From Clostridia bacterium (GTDB lineage: Bacteria; Bacillota; Clostridia; Oscillospirales; Acutalibacteraceae): a stretch of DNA of 64,000 nt. Shown here one piece after another: positions 37,866-46,710 of the stretch. Within the stretch, counting starts at the first letter, position 1. Each line of letters opens with the position of its first letter. The stretch lies in assembly GCA_017623235.1 (NCBI GenBank), contig JAGAPN010000033.1, forward strand, positions 13,725 to 77,724, given 5' to 3'. The notes under the pieces are model-generated. The model saw nothing but the letters and a program-made list of their open reading frames with translations. It was not told where the DNA came from and ran no database searches. A program made the translations under genes and the position numbers.

Positions 37866-39947
37866 ATGAAGATAATAAATAGCTTTGATTTCTCTGATAT
37901 TACCCTTTATTATATCTTAAACGATTCGGACAGGGCGGTTATGACCCTGCTGCCAAAGGGTACAGAGTGTGATTTTTTCAGTAAAAAGAACACTGCCGTT
38001 TTCAGCAACAGGGCATCCCTTGCCCACCTGCATTTGAGCCACCACAACGTGGGTATGCTCTCCAATAGCTTTAAATGCGGCGAAAGCCTTTACGGCCTTA
38101 AGTTTAAGGAGCAGACCGTAAGGGAAGAGGAAAACAGCGTCACCGTTATCACCACCGAGGAAGCGGACGAGGGCTACGGCATTCGTCACTACCTTAAATG
38201 GTATAGGGGTGAGGCAGGCTTTGAGGTGTCCACCGAATTTTACAACAGCAGTAAAACCGATATGACCCTTGAGCTGCTTACCAGCGTTTCCCTTGACGCC
38301 CTCTCCCCCTGCCTTGATAACGAGGGCAGTAAGGATTTACTTTTCCACCGCTTTAAGGCGGGCTGGTGTATGGAGGGCCTGCATCAGGTTAGCAATCTCA
38401 CTTCTCTTGGGTTAGAGCGGGCCTGGGCCACCTCTGCCGAAAGCATTAAGCTGGGGGCTACAGGTAGCCGAGCCGTAAGGGAATACCACCCCTACGCCGC
38501 CCTTGAGGATACTAAAAACGGCATAATCTGGGGCGTCTACCTTGCCCACAATGCCTCCTGGCAGCTGGAGCTTACCCGTATGGTAGACGGTGTTTCGCTG
38601 TCCATCGGTCTTGCCGACAGCACCTTCGGCCTTTGGAGTAAAAATATTAAAAGCGGCGAAAGCTTTTTATCTCCCACCGCTTTTGTTTCGGTGGCCAAGG
38701 GCTCTATTGCAGAGCTTTCCAACCGACTGCTTTCAATGCGCCACAGGGCTATTGATGCCTACGGCGAAGAGGGCCTTCCCATAATCTATAACGATTTCGT
38801 CACCACCTGGGGCAAGCCTACAGAAAAGGCCCTGCTTAATATGGCCGATATTCTTTCCCACGGCAAAACCAAATATTTGGTAATGGATGCAGGCTGGTAC
38901 GATGATAAAAAGGCTATAGGTGACTGGGTAGTTAAAACCGAGGCTTTTCCCTCGGGTATGAGGGCCTATGCCGATAAAATCCGAGAGAAGGGTATGGTGC
39001 CCGGTATCTGGATGGAGTTTGAATGTGCCGACTCCAAAGCCGAGGCCTTTGGCCCCCACCTTGACCACTTAAAACTTACAAAAAACGGTAGGGTAATAGT
39101 GGGCGAGGTTATTAACGGCCGCCGTGAAAATTTCTTTGATTTCAGGAAACCCGAGGTTATAGAGTACCTGGATGAAAAGGTTATTAAATTCCTTAAGGAA
39201 AACGGAATCGGCTACATAAAGGTGGATTATAACACCATTCCCGGTGTGGGAGTGGACGGTGAGGATTCCCCCGGCGAGAATCTTCGTCAGCACAACGCCG
39301 CCGTCAGAGATTTCTTTATAAAAATGAAGCGGGAAATACCCGACCTCATTATTGAAAACTGCGCCTCGGGCGGTTGCCGCCTGGAGCCCTCTATGATGGA
39401 TATTACGGCTATGAGCTCGGCCAGCGATACCCACGAGGGCTATGAGTGCGCCGTGGTTGCGGCTAATCTCCACTATCTTACTCCGCCAAGACAAAATCAG
39501 ATATGGTGTACCTTAAAGCCTGAATATTCGGCGGAAAGATTTTCTTACATTATTTCCCAGGGCTTTTTGGGCCGACTTTGCTGGTCGGGCCTTATTGCCG
39601 AGCTTGATGAAGCCAGACTAAGGGAGATGTTCCTGGCTGAGGAGCTTTATGAAAGGGTTTCCCACATCATAAAGCGGGGCAACAGCTATATTTACCGCAC
39701 CGCCCCTGTCAGCTTTTACACCCCCGAGGGCACCCAGGCCGTTGTTCGCTACAGCGAGGACGGAAGCGAGGCCCTGGTGGTGGCCCATAGCTTTAACGCC
39801 GCCACTTCTCTGGAAATTGAGCTTGAGGGTAGCTTTAAGCTTAAGGAGAGCCTATATAGCGGCGGTATGACCCTTGATGGCACTCGCCTGACCATTACCC
39901 CAACTGCAGATTTTTCGGGTAACGTTTTCTACCTTTTAAAGGAGTGA
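37866..39947 (+). CDS. GH36 alpha-galactosidase-like
   Basis: YLVMDAGWYDD, PGIWMEFE, GIGYIKVDYN and ENCASGGCRLEPSMM (GH36 nucleophile and CxxGGxR blocks). AAGGAG RBS. Confidence 0.8.
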   Translation: MKIINSFDFSDITLYYILNDSDRAVMTLLPKGTECDFFSKKNTAVFSNRASLAHLHLSHHNVGMLSNSFKCGESLYGLKFKEQTVREEENSVTVITTEEADEGYGIRHYLKWYRGEAGFEVSTEFYNSSKTDMTLELLTSVSLDALSPCLDNEGSKDLLFHRFKAGWCMEGLHQVSNLTSLGLERAWATSAESIKLGATGSRAVREYHPYAALEDTKNGIIWGVYLAHNASWQLELTRMVDGVSLSIGLADSTFGLWSKNIKSGESFLSPTAFVSVAKGSIAELSNRLLSMRHRAIDAYGEEGLPIIYNDFVTTWGKPTEKALLNMADILSHGKTKYLVMDAGWYDDKKAIGDWVVKTEAFPSGMRAYADKIREKGMVPGIWMEFECADSKAEAFGPHLDHLKLTKNGRVIVGEVINGRRENFFDFRKPEVIEYLDEKVIKFLKENGIGYIKVDYNTIPGVGVDGEDSPGENLRQHNAAVRDFFIKMKREIPDLIIENCASGGCRLEPSMMDITAMSSASDTHEGYECAVVAANLHYLTPPRQNQIWCTLKPEYSAERFSYIISQGFLGRLCWSGLIAELDEARLREMFLAEELYERVSHIIKRGNSYIYRTAPVSFYTPEGTQAVVRYSEDGSEALVVAHSFNAATSLEIELEGSFKLKESLYSGGMTLDGTRLTITPTADFSGNVFYLLKE

Positions 39948-39951
39948 TAAT

Positions 39952-40944
39952 ATGAAGCTTAATCCTATTTTTACAAATCATATTATTTTTCAGGCTGAAA
40001 AGCCCATCCGATTTTACGGTGAGGGAAGCGGCACAGTTACCGTCACCTTAAACGGCGCCACAAAAACCGAAGCCTTTTCGGGAGATAGCTGGCTTATCGA
40101 GCTACCTCCTATGGCCTACGGCGGACCCTATACCGCCGAAATCGAGCTGAACGGTGAGAAAACTCTGCTCTCTGACGTCTTTGTGGGCGAGGTGTTATTG
40201 CTGGCAGGTCAGTCTAATATCGAGCTGACCCTGGGTGGCACCAATTACCCTGTAGATAAGTATGAGAGCAATTCTATGCTTCGCTGTTTTGCCCTTGAAA
40301 GATTTAATAAAAACGGCAGTATAACCCCTGCCGACGGCTGGTTTGCCTGCGATAAGGACGACCGCCTGGGCTCCTGGTCGGCAATAGGCTATCATTTAGG
40401 TCAGCTTTTAACCAAAAAACGGGGGATTGCCGTTGGCCTTATCTTCTGTTATCAGGGGGCCTCGGTAATTGAGAGCTGGATGCCCGCCGAGCTGGCGGCC
40501 CAGGAAAAATTCTATCTTCCTAAAGAGGAAAAGTACGATTCTCCCTTCGTTCACACCGAGCATAACGAAAACGGAGCGCTGTATAACGCCGTTTTCCGCC
40601 AGACAATACCTTATAGCGTAGGCAACGTTATCTGGTACCAGGGCTGCTCAAATACAGGCCCCTCGGAGTATAAGATTTATACCGACCTGCTTTGCACCCT
40701 TATTGACCGCTGGCGTCAGGACCTTATGGACGAGGTACTGCCCTTTACCGTTGTTCAGATAGCCGATTGGGACCAGAGAGATGATGCCGCCTGGAAGGGT
40801 ATTCAGCAGGCACAGCTTAAGATTACAGAGGTTCGCGGTAACGTCAAAACCGTAATTTCCGCCGACCTTTGCGAGGTGGATGATATTCATCCCCCCACAA
40901 AGCATCTTCTTGCCCGCCGAATTTATAAAACTATATTTGAGTAA
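39952..40944 (+). CDS. Sialate/carbohydrate O-acetylesterase-like SGNH protein (GQSN type)
   Basis: VGEVLLLAGQSNIE (GQSN nucleophile block), YQGASVIESW, VIWYQGCSN, DDIHPPTK. Confidence 0.7.
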   Translation: MKLNPIFTNHIIFQAEKPIRFYGEGSGTVTVTLNGATKTEAFSGDSWLIELPPMAYGGPYTAEIELNGEKTLLSDVFVGEVLLLAGQSNIELTLGGTNYPVDKYESNSMLRCFALERFNKNGSITPADGWFACDKDDRLGSWSAIGYHLGQLLTKKRGIAVGLIFCYQGASVIESWMPAELAAQEKFYLPKEEKYDSPFVHTEHNENGALYNAVFRQTIPYSVGNVIWYQGCSNTGPSEYKIYTDLLCTLIDRWRQDLMDEVLPFTVVQIADWDQRDDAAWKGIQQAQLKITEVRGNVKTVISADLCEVDDIHPPTKHLLARRIYKTIFE

Positions 40945-40980
40945 AAAAGACCTATGAAGCGTTTGCTTCATAGGTCTTTT
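40945..40980. terminator. Bidirectional rho-independent terminator between convergent genes
   Basis: AAAAGACCTATGAAGC gttt GCTTCATAGGTCTTTT, a perfect 16-bp inverted repeat with A-run and T-run arms. It lies between the stop at 40944 (+) and the stop at 40982 (-). Confidence 0.85.
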
Positions 40981-40981
40981 A

Positions 40982-41713
40982 CTATTTCAGCTCCTTTGTG
41001 TGGAGGCCCGAGGTAGAAATAGGCTCGCCCCCTGCAAAAAGGTGGGAGGTATCACCTATACCTGCGAAAATTCCGTGGGCAATGGGGCGGTCGGCAATAT
41101 GCTTTTCCATATACAGGGTGGTCACCGAGGAGGGGGAGAGGTATATAGAATTCCACACCGCAATAAGGGGCATATTCATAACGTGGGCTATAAGTGAGGT
41201 GCCAAGACCAAAGTGACAGAAAAATGCAATTGTGTGGTCTTCCTCTTTACCGGGGGTTATCTCGTAAATATTACCTTTACGGTTATAGCCTCTGTCAGCA
41301 AGCAGTTTGTCAAACTCCCTGCAGTTGGACTGATAGGTTTCTACAATTCTGCTACCCTCTAAAAGCTTACTCCGATTCCAGCGTTCAATACTGAAAACGT
41401 CGGGGTCATCGGTCCAAAGCTCGGGGGGCATATTCCAGGGACTTTTCATATTTTTAAAATAGTCGGTGTCGTATTCCCAGTCCAGCATTGCGGGGAATTC
41501 CCTCAGCCAGTCCAGCACGGTGGGGGTGATGCCCAGAGCATCAGCGGTGGGCTTTGCAGTAAGTCGGGCCCTGCCATGGGGAGATACGAATATTTCGTCT
41601 ATCTTTTCGTTTCTTAGCTTTTCACCCAGCAAAAAGGCCTCGCGCTGACCCTTTTCGGTCAGGGAATCGGTAGGATAGTAGGGGTCGCCGTGGCGGATTA
41701 TAAGTATTCTCAT
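40982..41713 (-). CDS. Histidine phosphatase superfamily protein (phosphoglycerate-mutase-like branch)
   Basis: MRILIIRHGDPYY (RHG catalytic motif), GRARLTA, and a second His in FFCHFGLG. The start overlaps the upstream stop by 1 nt (TGATG). Confidence 0.8.
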   Translation of the reverse strand: MRILIIRHGDPYYPTDSLTEKGQREAFLLGEKLRNEKIDEIFVSPHGRARLTAKPTADALGITPTVLDWLREFPAMLDWEYDTDYFKNMKSPWNMPPELWTDDPDVFSIERWNRSKLLEGSRIVETYQSNCREFDKLLADRGYNRKGNIYEITPGKEEDHTIAFFCHFGLGTSLIAHVMNMPLIAVWNSIYLSPSSVTTLYMEKHIADRPIAHGIFAGIGDTSHLFAGGEPISTSGLHTKELK

Positions 41714-42666
41714 CAGTAGTCCTCTCCTTTATAAAAGGCTCTTGTCATAGCGTGGTTGCCTTCGCCGTCTACCACGTGCAGCAGTATGAATTTGCCTGTG
41801 CCGTCAATATCACAGCAGAGTTCACCTATCTCCTCCCCATCCGGAGCGTTTGCGGCGGCGGTGGCTCCGCTTTCGCTCAGCATAGCAATCTGCGCCGCAG
41901 GGGAGGTTTTGGCATAAAGTTTTCCGTCTTTTGTATAAGCCTCAAAAATCTGCGGTCCCGTAGAGCAGTATACGTCGCCCTTATCCATAGCGGCGATTAT
42001 CTCATCGTATTCCAGCCTGTCGGCCAAAATGTAGGTAAAGCCGCCGAAGGAATCGTTCTGCGGGTGGTCAAAGGGCAGGCAAAAGCTGTGGTTATCGTCT
42101 GCGCCAAAGGGGTAAAGTCTTTTTCCTCTGCGAAGCAGGTCAAGATAAATATCGGGTGTGAAGGAAAGGGCGCCGCCGAAATTGGCGGTAATGCAGTTAT
42201 AAAGCTCAAAACCGCTGACACCCTCTACCTGCATAAATTCGTCCTCGGTAAAAAGGGCCCAGTTGGGGTGGTTTATGGTAACGAAATAATTTTTTGCCCT
42301 GGCGTCGGCAATCATCTCGTTTATGTATTCCATACTGTAGTTTCTGGGGTTGCAGGGAACCTGCTGAAAATCGTCCGGATGACGGGAGATTATGTTAAAA
42401 TGAAAGGCCTTGCGTAGGTTAAAGGAGTTATCGCCCTGCTGGGCAACGTCCAGCTCGCAGGAGGTAAGGGGCAGAAAATCCTCATCGGCAAGGTCGCTGT
42501 GGCTTTGCACCTTAAGGTGGTCGGAAAAAGCAAATACCGAATAGCCTCTTGCCTTGTAGGCTTCTTTTAGCTCCTCCGGGGTCAGCCTGCCGTCAGAGCA
42601 GGTGCTGTGGGAGTGCATATTAGCCTTAAACTGCTTTTTTTTCGGAGAAATAAGGTAGTTTTTCAT
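41713..42666 (-). CDS. PHP-domain metal-dependent phosphoesterase
   Basis: KANMHSHSTCSDG (HxH), FAFSDH, TINHPNW, GADDNHSF. Confidence 0.75.
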   Translation of the reverse strand: MKNYLISPKKKQFKANMHSHSTCSDGRLTPEELKEAYKARGYSVFAFSDHLKVQSHSDLADEDFLPLTSCELDVAQQGDNSFNLRKAFHFNIISRHPDDFQQVPCNPRNYSMEYINEMIADARAKNYFVTINHPNWALFTEDEFMQVEGVSGFELYNCITANFGGALSFTPDIYLDLLRRGKRLYPFGADDNHSFCLPFDHPQNDSFGGFTYILADRLEYDEIIAAMDKGDVYCSTGPQIFEAYTKDGKLYAKTSPAAQIAMLSESGATAAANAPDGEEIGELCCDIDGTGKFILLHVVDGEGNHAMTRAFYKGEDY

Positions 42667-43553
42667 TACTTTGCACCCCCTGTTATATTTTCGGTAGAAA
42701 AGGCCACCGTATCGGCAAAACGGCCCTTTTCATCCCTTATATCCACCCTGATAAAGCTGCCGCAAAAGGCAGGGTCCAGGTCGAATACCGCCCGGGTTAT
42801 GGTTTCTCCCTTGGGGGCAATTGCTACGGGGGCATCACGGCCCTCGTTCAGCAGACGGATAGAGCGCACAGGGCTGCACTTTATGTGTATCTTGCCCTCG
42901 TCATAGTAAACCTCGTCAATAAGCGGACCTGTTGAGGCGTAAAATTCGCCGCCTTTAAGGGCAGAAAAAAGGTCCGATTTGGGGTTTATCATAGTAAAGG
43001 CCCCGAAGGAGTCGTTGTCGGGGTGAGAAAAATCCACGGCATTACGGTTACCGTCCACCGCTATGGGATAAAGAGGGGAGATGCCTTGGCGCAGCATACG
43101 GTCGTAAAGGTGATTGTTGTCTTCAATACATCCCGATTTTTGGGAGGAGTAATTTGTTATCTCAATAGCAAAAAGTCCGCGAAGGGCAGAATATTCACCG
43201 TAGGTCAGCATAGATTTTGCGGGGTGACACAGGCTTACCAGCCAGCCCGAAGCATTCGCACGGGCTATAAAAGCGTTGGGGTCCATTTCGTCCGAGGGGC
43301 TGACCTTCGGGGGTTCTGCCGCCTGCGCCTTATAAAGCATAAAGGTGAATTTGCCAATCTGCTGACGGTAGGCAAAAAGGGTAGAAAAGCCCTGGGGCGC
43401 CGCAATCTCGGCCTCTAACGCCAAAGCTCCGTAGCCCCTTTTATAATATTCCGCTATAGCCTCTTCGGGAGAAAGTCTGCCACCCGAGGATGCGGTAAGG
43501 CAGTTAAGATTAGCCTTTAAAAAACTGCGGCCGTTCTTTAACAGATATTTCAT
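42666..43553 (-). CDS. PHP-fold paralog with degenerate metal-binding motifs (probably non-catalytic, or with altered chemistry)
   Basis: Collinear with the neighbouring PHP protein, but HSH is replaced by NCL (KANLNCLTASSGG), SDH by EAE, and DDNH by DGNR. 1-nt stop/start overlap (TAATG) with the next gene. Confidence 0.6.
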   Translation of the reverse strand: MKYLLKNGRSFLKANLNCLTASSGGRLSPEEAIAEYYKRGYGALALEAEIAAPQGFSTLFAYRQQIGKFTFMLYKAQAAEPPKVSPSDEMDPNAFIARANASGWLVSLCHPAKSMLTYGEYSALRGLFAIEITNYSSQKSGCIEDNNHLYDRMLRQGISPLYPIAVDGNRNAVDFSHPDNDSFGAFTMINPKSDLFSALKGGEFYASTGPLIDEVYYDEGKIHIKCSPVRSIRLLNEGRDAPVAIAPKGETITRAVFDLDPAFCGSFIRVDIRDEKGRFADTVAFSTENITGGAK

Positions 43554-43724
43554 ATCCGCTCACTCCTTTTTTATAGAGCAATTATAACACCGAAACAATT
43601 ATATCACAAGTAATTATACCGCTTTATGTTTTAATAATATATCTCAATTTATAGGCAATATTGTGTATTCACTTTTTTGGAGAAATTTAGTATAATAAAG
43701 AAAAAATGACTTACGAGGTGCGTT

Positions 43725-46673
43725 ATGACCGAGAAGGAAATTATAAGAAATAAGGTTTTAGCCGAAAACGTTATCTATTATCAGAAGACCATAGCCGTCC
43801 TTTGTGATGAGCGCCCCGGCTTCGAAATTAAAGAGGCTCGCAGGGTTATAGCCCATTTAAGAGAGCAGGGCTACTACGTTCACGAAATAACGGTGGATGA
43901 TTTTTTAAAGGCCTTCAAGCATCATCTTGGCTTTTTGCTCATCATTCCCCACGCCTCGTCTTTGCCTGCCGTATGCTCGGGTAGACTGAATGATTTTGTG
44001 TCTACAGGCGGCTCTGTGCTGACCTTTGGCGGCGTACTTTTCGGTAAATACGTTGAAAAGGTTGACGGCAAGTGGACCGAAATTCCCCTGCCCGATAATA
44101 TATTTGATGCCGTTCATACAGGTGACGGCAGTAAGCCCAAGGCCGAGCCTATTGTTATCGAGGGAATAGTGCCTACCTATAAAACCTACCGCTGTAACGA
44201 TGCCGTAAAATTCACCTCTAACCCCTTATATACCTCTGCAAAGGTTGCTACCGATGAGGAGCTTCGTGTAGTTTGTCCCGTTGCCCGTCCCTACGGAGGC
44301 GGTTATAATATGGGCTATCGCAATCGTTATATCCCCATTACCACTATTGACGGCAAAAGTGACCGTGGTGACGGTAGCGAGGGCGCAGCCGCCTTTATGA
44401 TGCTCAGTGACACTGTGGGTCACGAGCCTACTACCAATATCGTATATGCAGGTACCGTAGGTCACACCAACCTGGGCTCGGTAGCCGCTAATATCGGCAT
44501 TATGCGCCAGGACCTTATGGATATTGAGGGTGTTCCACAGCTTATCACCGATATTGTTGATAGTTTCTGCCGCGGTCTGCACATCTTCTCGGCAGGTGCC
44601 GATAAGTTTACCTACTCCGATGGTGAGCGTGCCGTATTCGGCGCCTCGGTTCACAACTGTACCGTAGACTATAAGCCTGCCACAGTCACCATAACTGTCG
44701 AAAAGCAGGGCGAAGCGGTTTACTCCTACACCGAGGAACTGCTCTGCGCTCCCCTTGGCTATACCGACTGCACCTTTGCCTGCGAAGGCTTTAAGGCCGA
44801 TGAATATACCGTTCGCACAACCCTTTCCTTTGAGGGTGATATAATAGATACCACCGCCCAGGAAATACATAAAAAAGAGGTGGTAAAGGGTCACTTCCCC
44901 GAGGATTTCGTCAGGGTAGAGGGTGACAACTTTATGCTGGGCGACAAGGTCTGGTACCCCATCGGTATGAACTACTGGCCTCTTTATATGCCCGGCTTTG
45001 AGCGCTCTCATTACTGGCTCTGCTGGCTGGACAAGTCCAACTATATTCCCGAGGAGATAGAGAAGGACCTTGCTCTTATGGAAAAAATGGGCATCAACTG
45101 CCTGTATATGCGTATAGACGGTGACATCTTCCAGCGTCAGCGCTCCACCTTTGAGGATTTCCTTATCAGGTGCCGCCGCCACAATATGAAGCTCTGCTTC
45201 TCCTACTGCAATATTACCACCCCCAACCATTATAACGGTGCCGCCTTCAGAAAGCTGATGAAGGAATTTAACCTGCTGGATGACCCCATTATCTTCAGCC
45301 ACGATATTTCCTGGGAAACCGACGGCGGTTTTATGGCCACCCCTTATATTAAGAGGTATGATGAGGCTTGGCAGCAGTGGCTTATCGACCGTTACGGCTC
45401 GCTGGAGAACGCCGAGGCCGATTTTGGTATGAAGCTTGACCGCAGGGAGGACGGCGTTGTCACCTGCATTAACGAGTTCCTCTTCAAGGAGGAGGGGGAG
45501 TGGCGTGTTCAGGTAACCGCCTACCGCCGTTTTGAAGAAGACTATATGAGCAGGCTGTGGCGTGAGGCTATTGAGGATATCCGCCTGGTTGACCCCAAGC
45601 ACCTGGTTTCCTACCGCAGAGGTCCAATAGGCTCCTGGTGTAAGGACGTTAAGCCTGCCAGCAAGCACGTGGACTATAACAGCCACGAGGCCTATCATAT
45701 AACCCTGGGTGATGATGGCTACCACGAGGCCTGCGCCAATGCGGCCTACTTTGATATGATAAGCAAGAATAAGCCACTTATATGGTCGGAATACGGCCTT
45801 ACTCTTACGGGTATGAACCGCACTAACGACTTTGTGTGGGACCACGAAACCGAGCGTCCTATGGCCTTCCGTATGAAGATGACCGAGGATTATAATAAAC
45901 AGATGCAAAAGGCCTTTGCCCGTACAGGTGTCAAGGGTACCGCTCCCTGGTACTGGCCCGGCGGCCTTCGTATGGTGGAGATGAGCGACTGCGGCTACTG
46001 CGGTCCCGACGGCATTCTTCGACCATTTGGTAAGGATTACGCCAAGTTTATTTCCGAGTATTTCAGCAATCCCAATAAACCCACACCCGGAAAATATAGG
46101 GTTAAGGTAGATGTCGAGCAGGATGCCAGAGGTTACTTCAGTATGTTCCGTGAGCGTCTGGTTGAAGAGGACCGCAAGGCAGAGGAAATGGGCTGTATAT
46201 TGGAGCTTTATACCGACGGCACAGGCACCACCTCGGCAAACACCCCCCTTACCGCTGTGGGTAATATGCCCTATAACGGCAACAATCCTCCCAAGTTCTT
46301 AAACGGTGAGTTTAACCGCCTGACCCTCTTTGTAAACGGCACAGCTCAAAGGGTAGCCTACGGCTCCACAGTAAGGGTACCTGCAGGGGCCACCGTGGAG
46401 ATAGAGGCAAGCCTGGGCAACCTTAAGGATGCCACCTGGCTGAGCCCCTTAGGCTTTGAGGGTGACGGCGGCGTGTATATGGTATCTAACCCCGATTCCG
46501 ATATAGTGCTAAAGACCCCCATTTTAACCGACACCCCGTTCCTGGAGGATACCGTGACCCAAAAGACGGCAGTTTCCCTGCCCGCAGGGGAGAGCAAGGT
46601 AGCCCTTCGCCTCTCGGCTGAAAACCGTGCCGACTTCGGTGAGGTCTTCCGCTTTAATATCATAGCAGAATAA
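43725..46673 (+). CDS. Large (982 aa) cytoplasmic protein with a clan-GH-A-like (b/a)8 core, of unassigned family
   Basis: No signal peptide. FMLGDKVWYPIGMNYWP, EKDLALMEKMGINCLYMRI, FSHDISWETDG (candidate acid/base), KPLIWSEYGL (candidate nucleophile Glu). N- and C-terminal accessory domains. The family call is inference. Confidence 0.45.
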   Translation: MTEKEIIRNKVLAENVIYYQKTIAVLCDERPGFEIKEARRVIAHLREQGYYVHEITVDDFLKAFKHHLGFLLIIPHASSLPAVCSGRLNDFVSTGGSVLTFGGVLFGKYVEKVDGKWTEIPLPDNIFDAVHTGDGSKPKAEPIVIEGIVPTYKTYRCNDAVKFTSNPLYTSAKVATDEELRVVCPVARPYGGGYNMGYRNRYIPITTIDGKSDRGDGSEGAAAFMMLSDTVGHEPTTNIVYAGTVGHTNLGSVAANIGIMRQDLMDIEGVPQLITDIVDSFCRGLHIFSAGADKFTYSDGERAVFGASVHNCTVDYKPATVTITVEKQGEAVYSYTEELLCAPLGYTDCTFACEGFKADEYTVRTTLSFEGDIIDTTAQEIHKKEVVKGHFPEDFVRVEGDNFMLGDKVWYPIGMNYWPLYMPGFERSHYWLCWLDKSNYIPEEIEKDLALMEKMGINCLYMRIDGDIFQRQRSTFEDFLIRCRRHNMKLCFSYCNITTPNHYNGAAFRKLMKEFNLLDDPIIFSHDISWETDGGFMATPYIKRYDEAWQQWLIDRYGSLENAEADFGMKLDRREDGVVTCINEFLFKEEGEWRVQVTAYRRFEEDYMSRLWREAIEDIRLVDPKHLVSYRRGPIGSWCKDVKPASKHVDYNSHEAYHITLGDDGYHEACANAAYFDMISKNKPLIWSEYGLTLTGMNRTNDFVWDHETERPMAFRMKMTEDYNKQMQKAFARTGVKGTAPWYWPGGLRMVEMSDCGYCGPDGILRPFGKDYAKFISEYFSNPNKPTPGKYRVKVDVEQDARGYFSMFRERLVEEDRKAEEMGCILELYTDGTGTTSANTPLTAVGNMPYNGNNPPKFLNGEFNRLTLFVNGTAQRVAYGSTVRVPAGATVEIEASLGNLKDATWLSPLGFEGDGGVYMVSNPDSDIVLKTPILTDTPFLEDTVTQKTAVSLPAGESKVALRLSAENRADFGEVFRFNIIAE

Positions 46674-46674
46674 G

Positions 46675-46709
46675 AAAAGAGCAACAGATTTTAAATCTGT
46701 TGCTCTTTT
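46675..46709. terminator. Bidirectional rho-independent terminator between convergent genes
   Basis: AAAAGAGCAACAGATTT t AAATCTGTTGCTCTTTT followed by extra T residues. It exactly fills the gap between the stop at 46673 (+) and the stop at 46711 (-). Confidence 0.85.
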
Positions 46710-46710
46710 T

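Noticed and set aside
44226-45908. Very long antisense ORFs: 560 aa here, and also 33612..34682, 18774..19700, 20121..21095, 16041..16994, 5427..6398, 13264..13941, 46700..47452 and 59138..60103.
   Set aside because: Each lies entirely inside, and opposite to, a much longer ORF with clear family motifs and an RBS. Their translations are low-complexity (Gly/Val/Ala/Ile-rich) with no motifs. The host codon bias avoids TTA, CTA and TCA, which removes stops on the opposite strand. They are artefacts.
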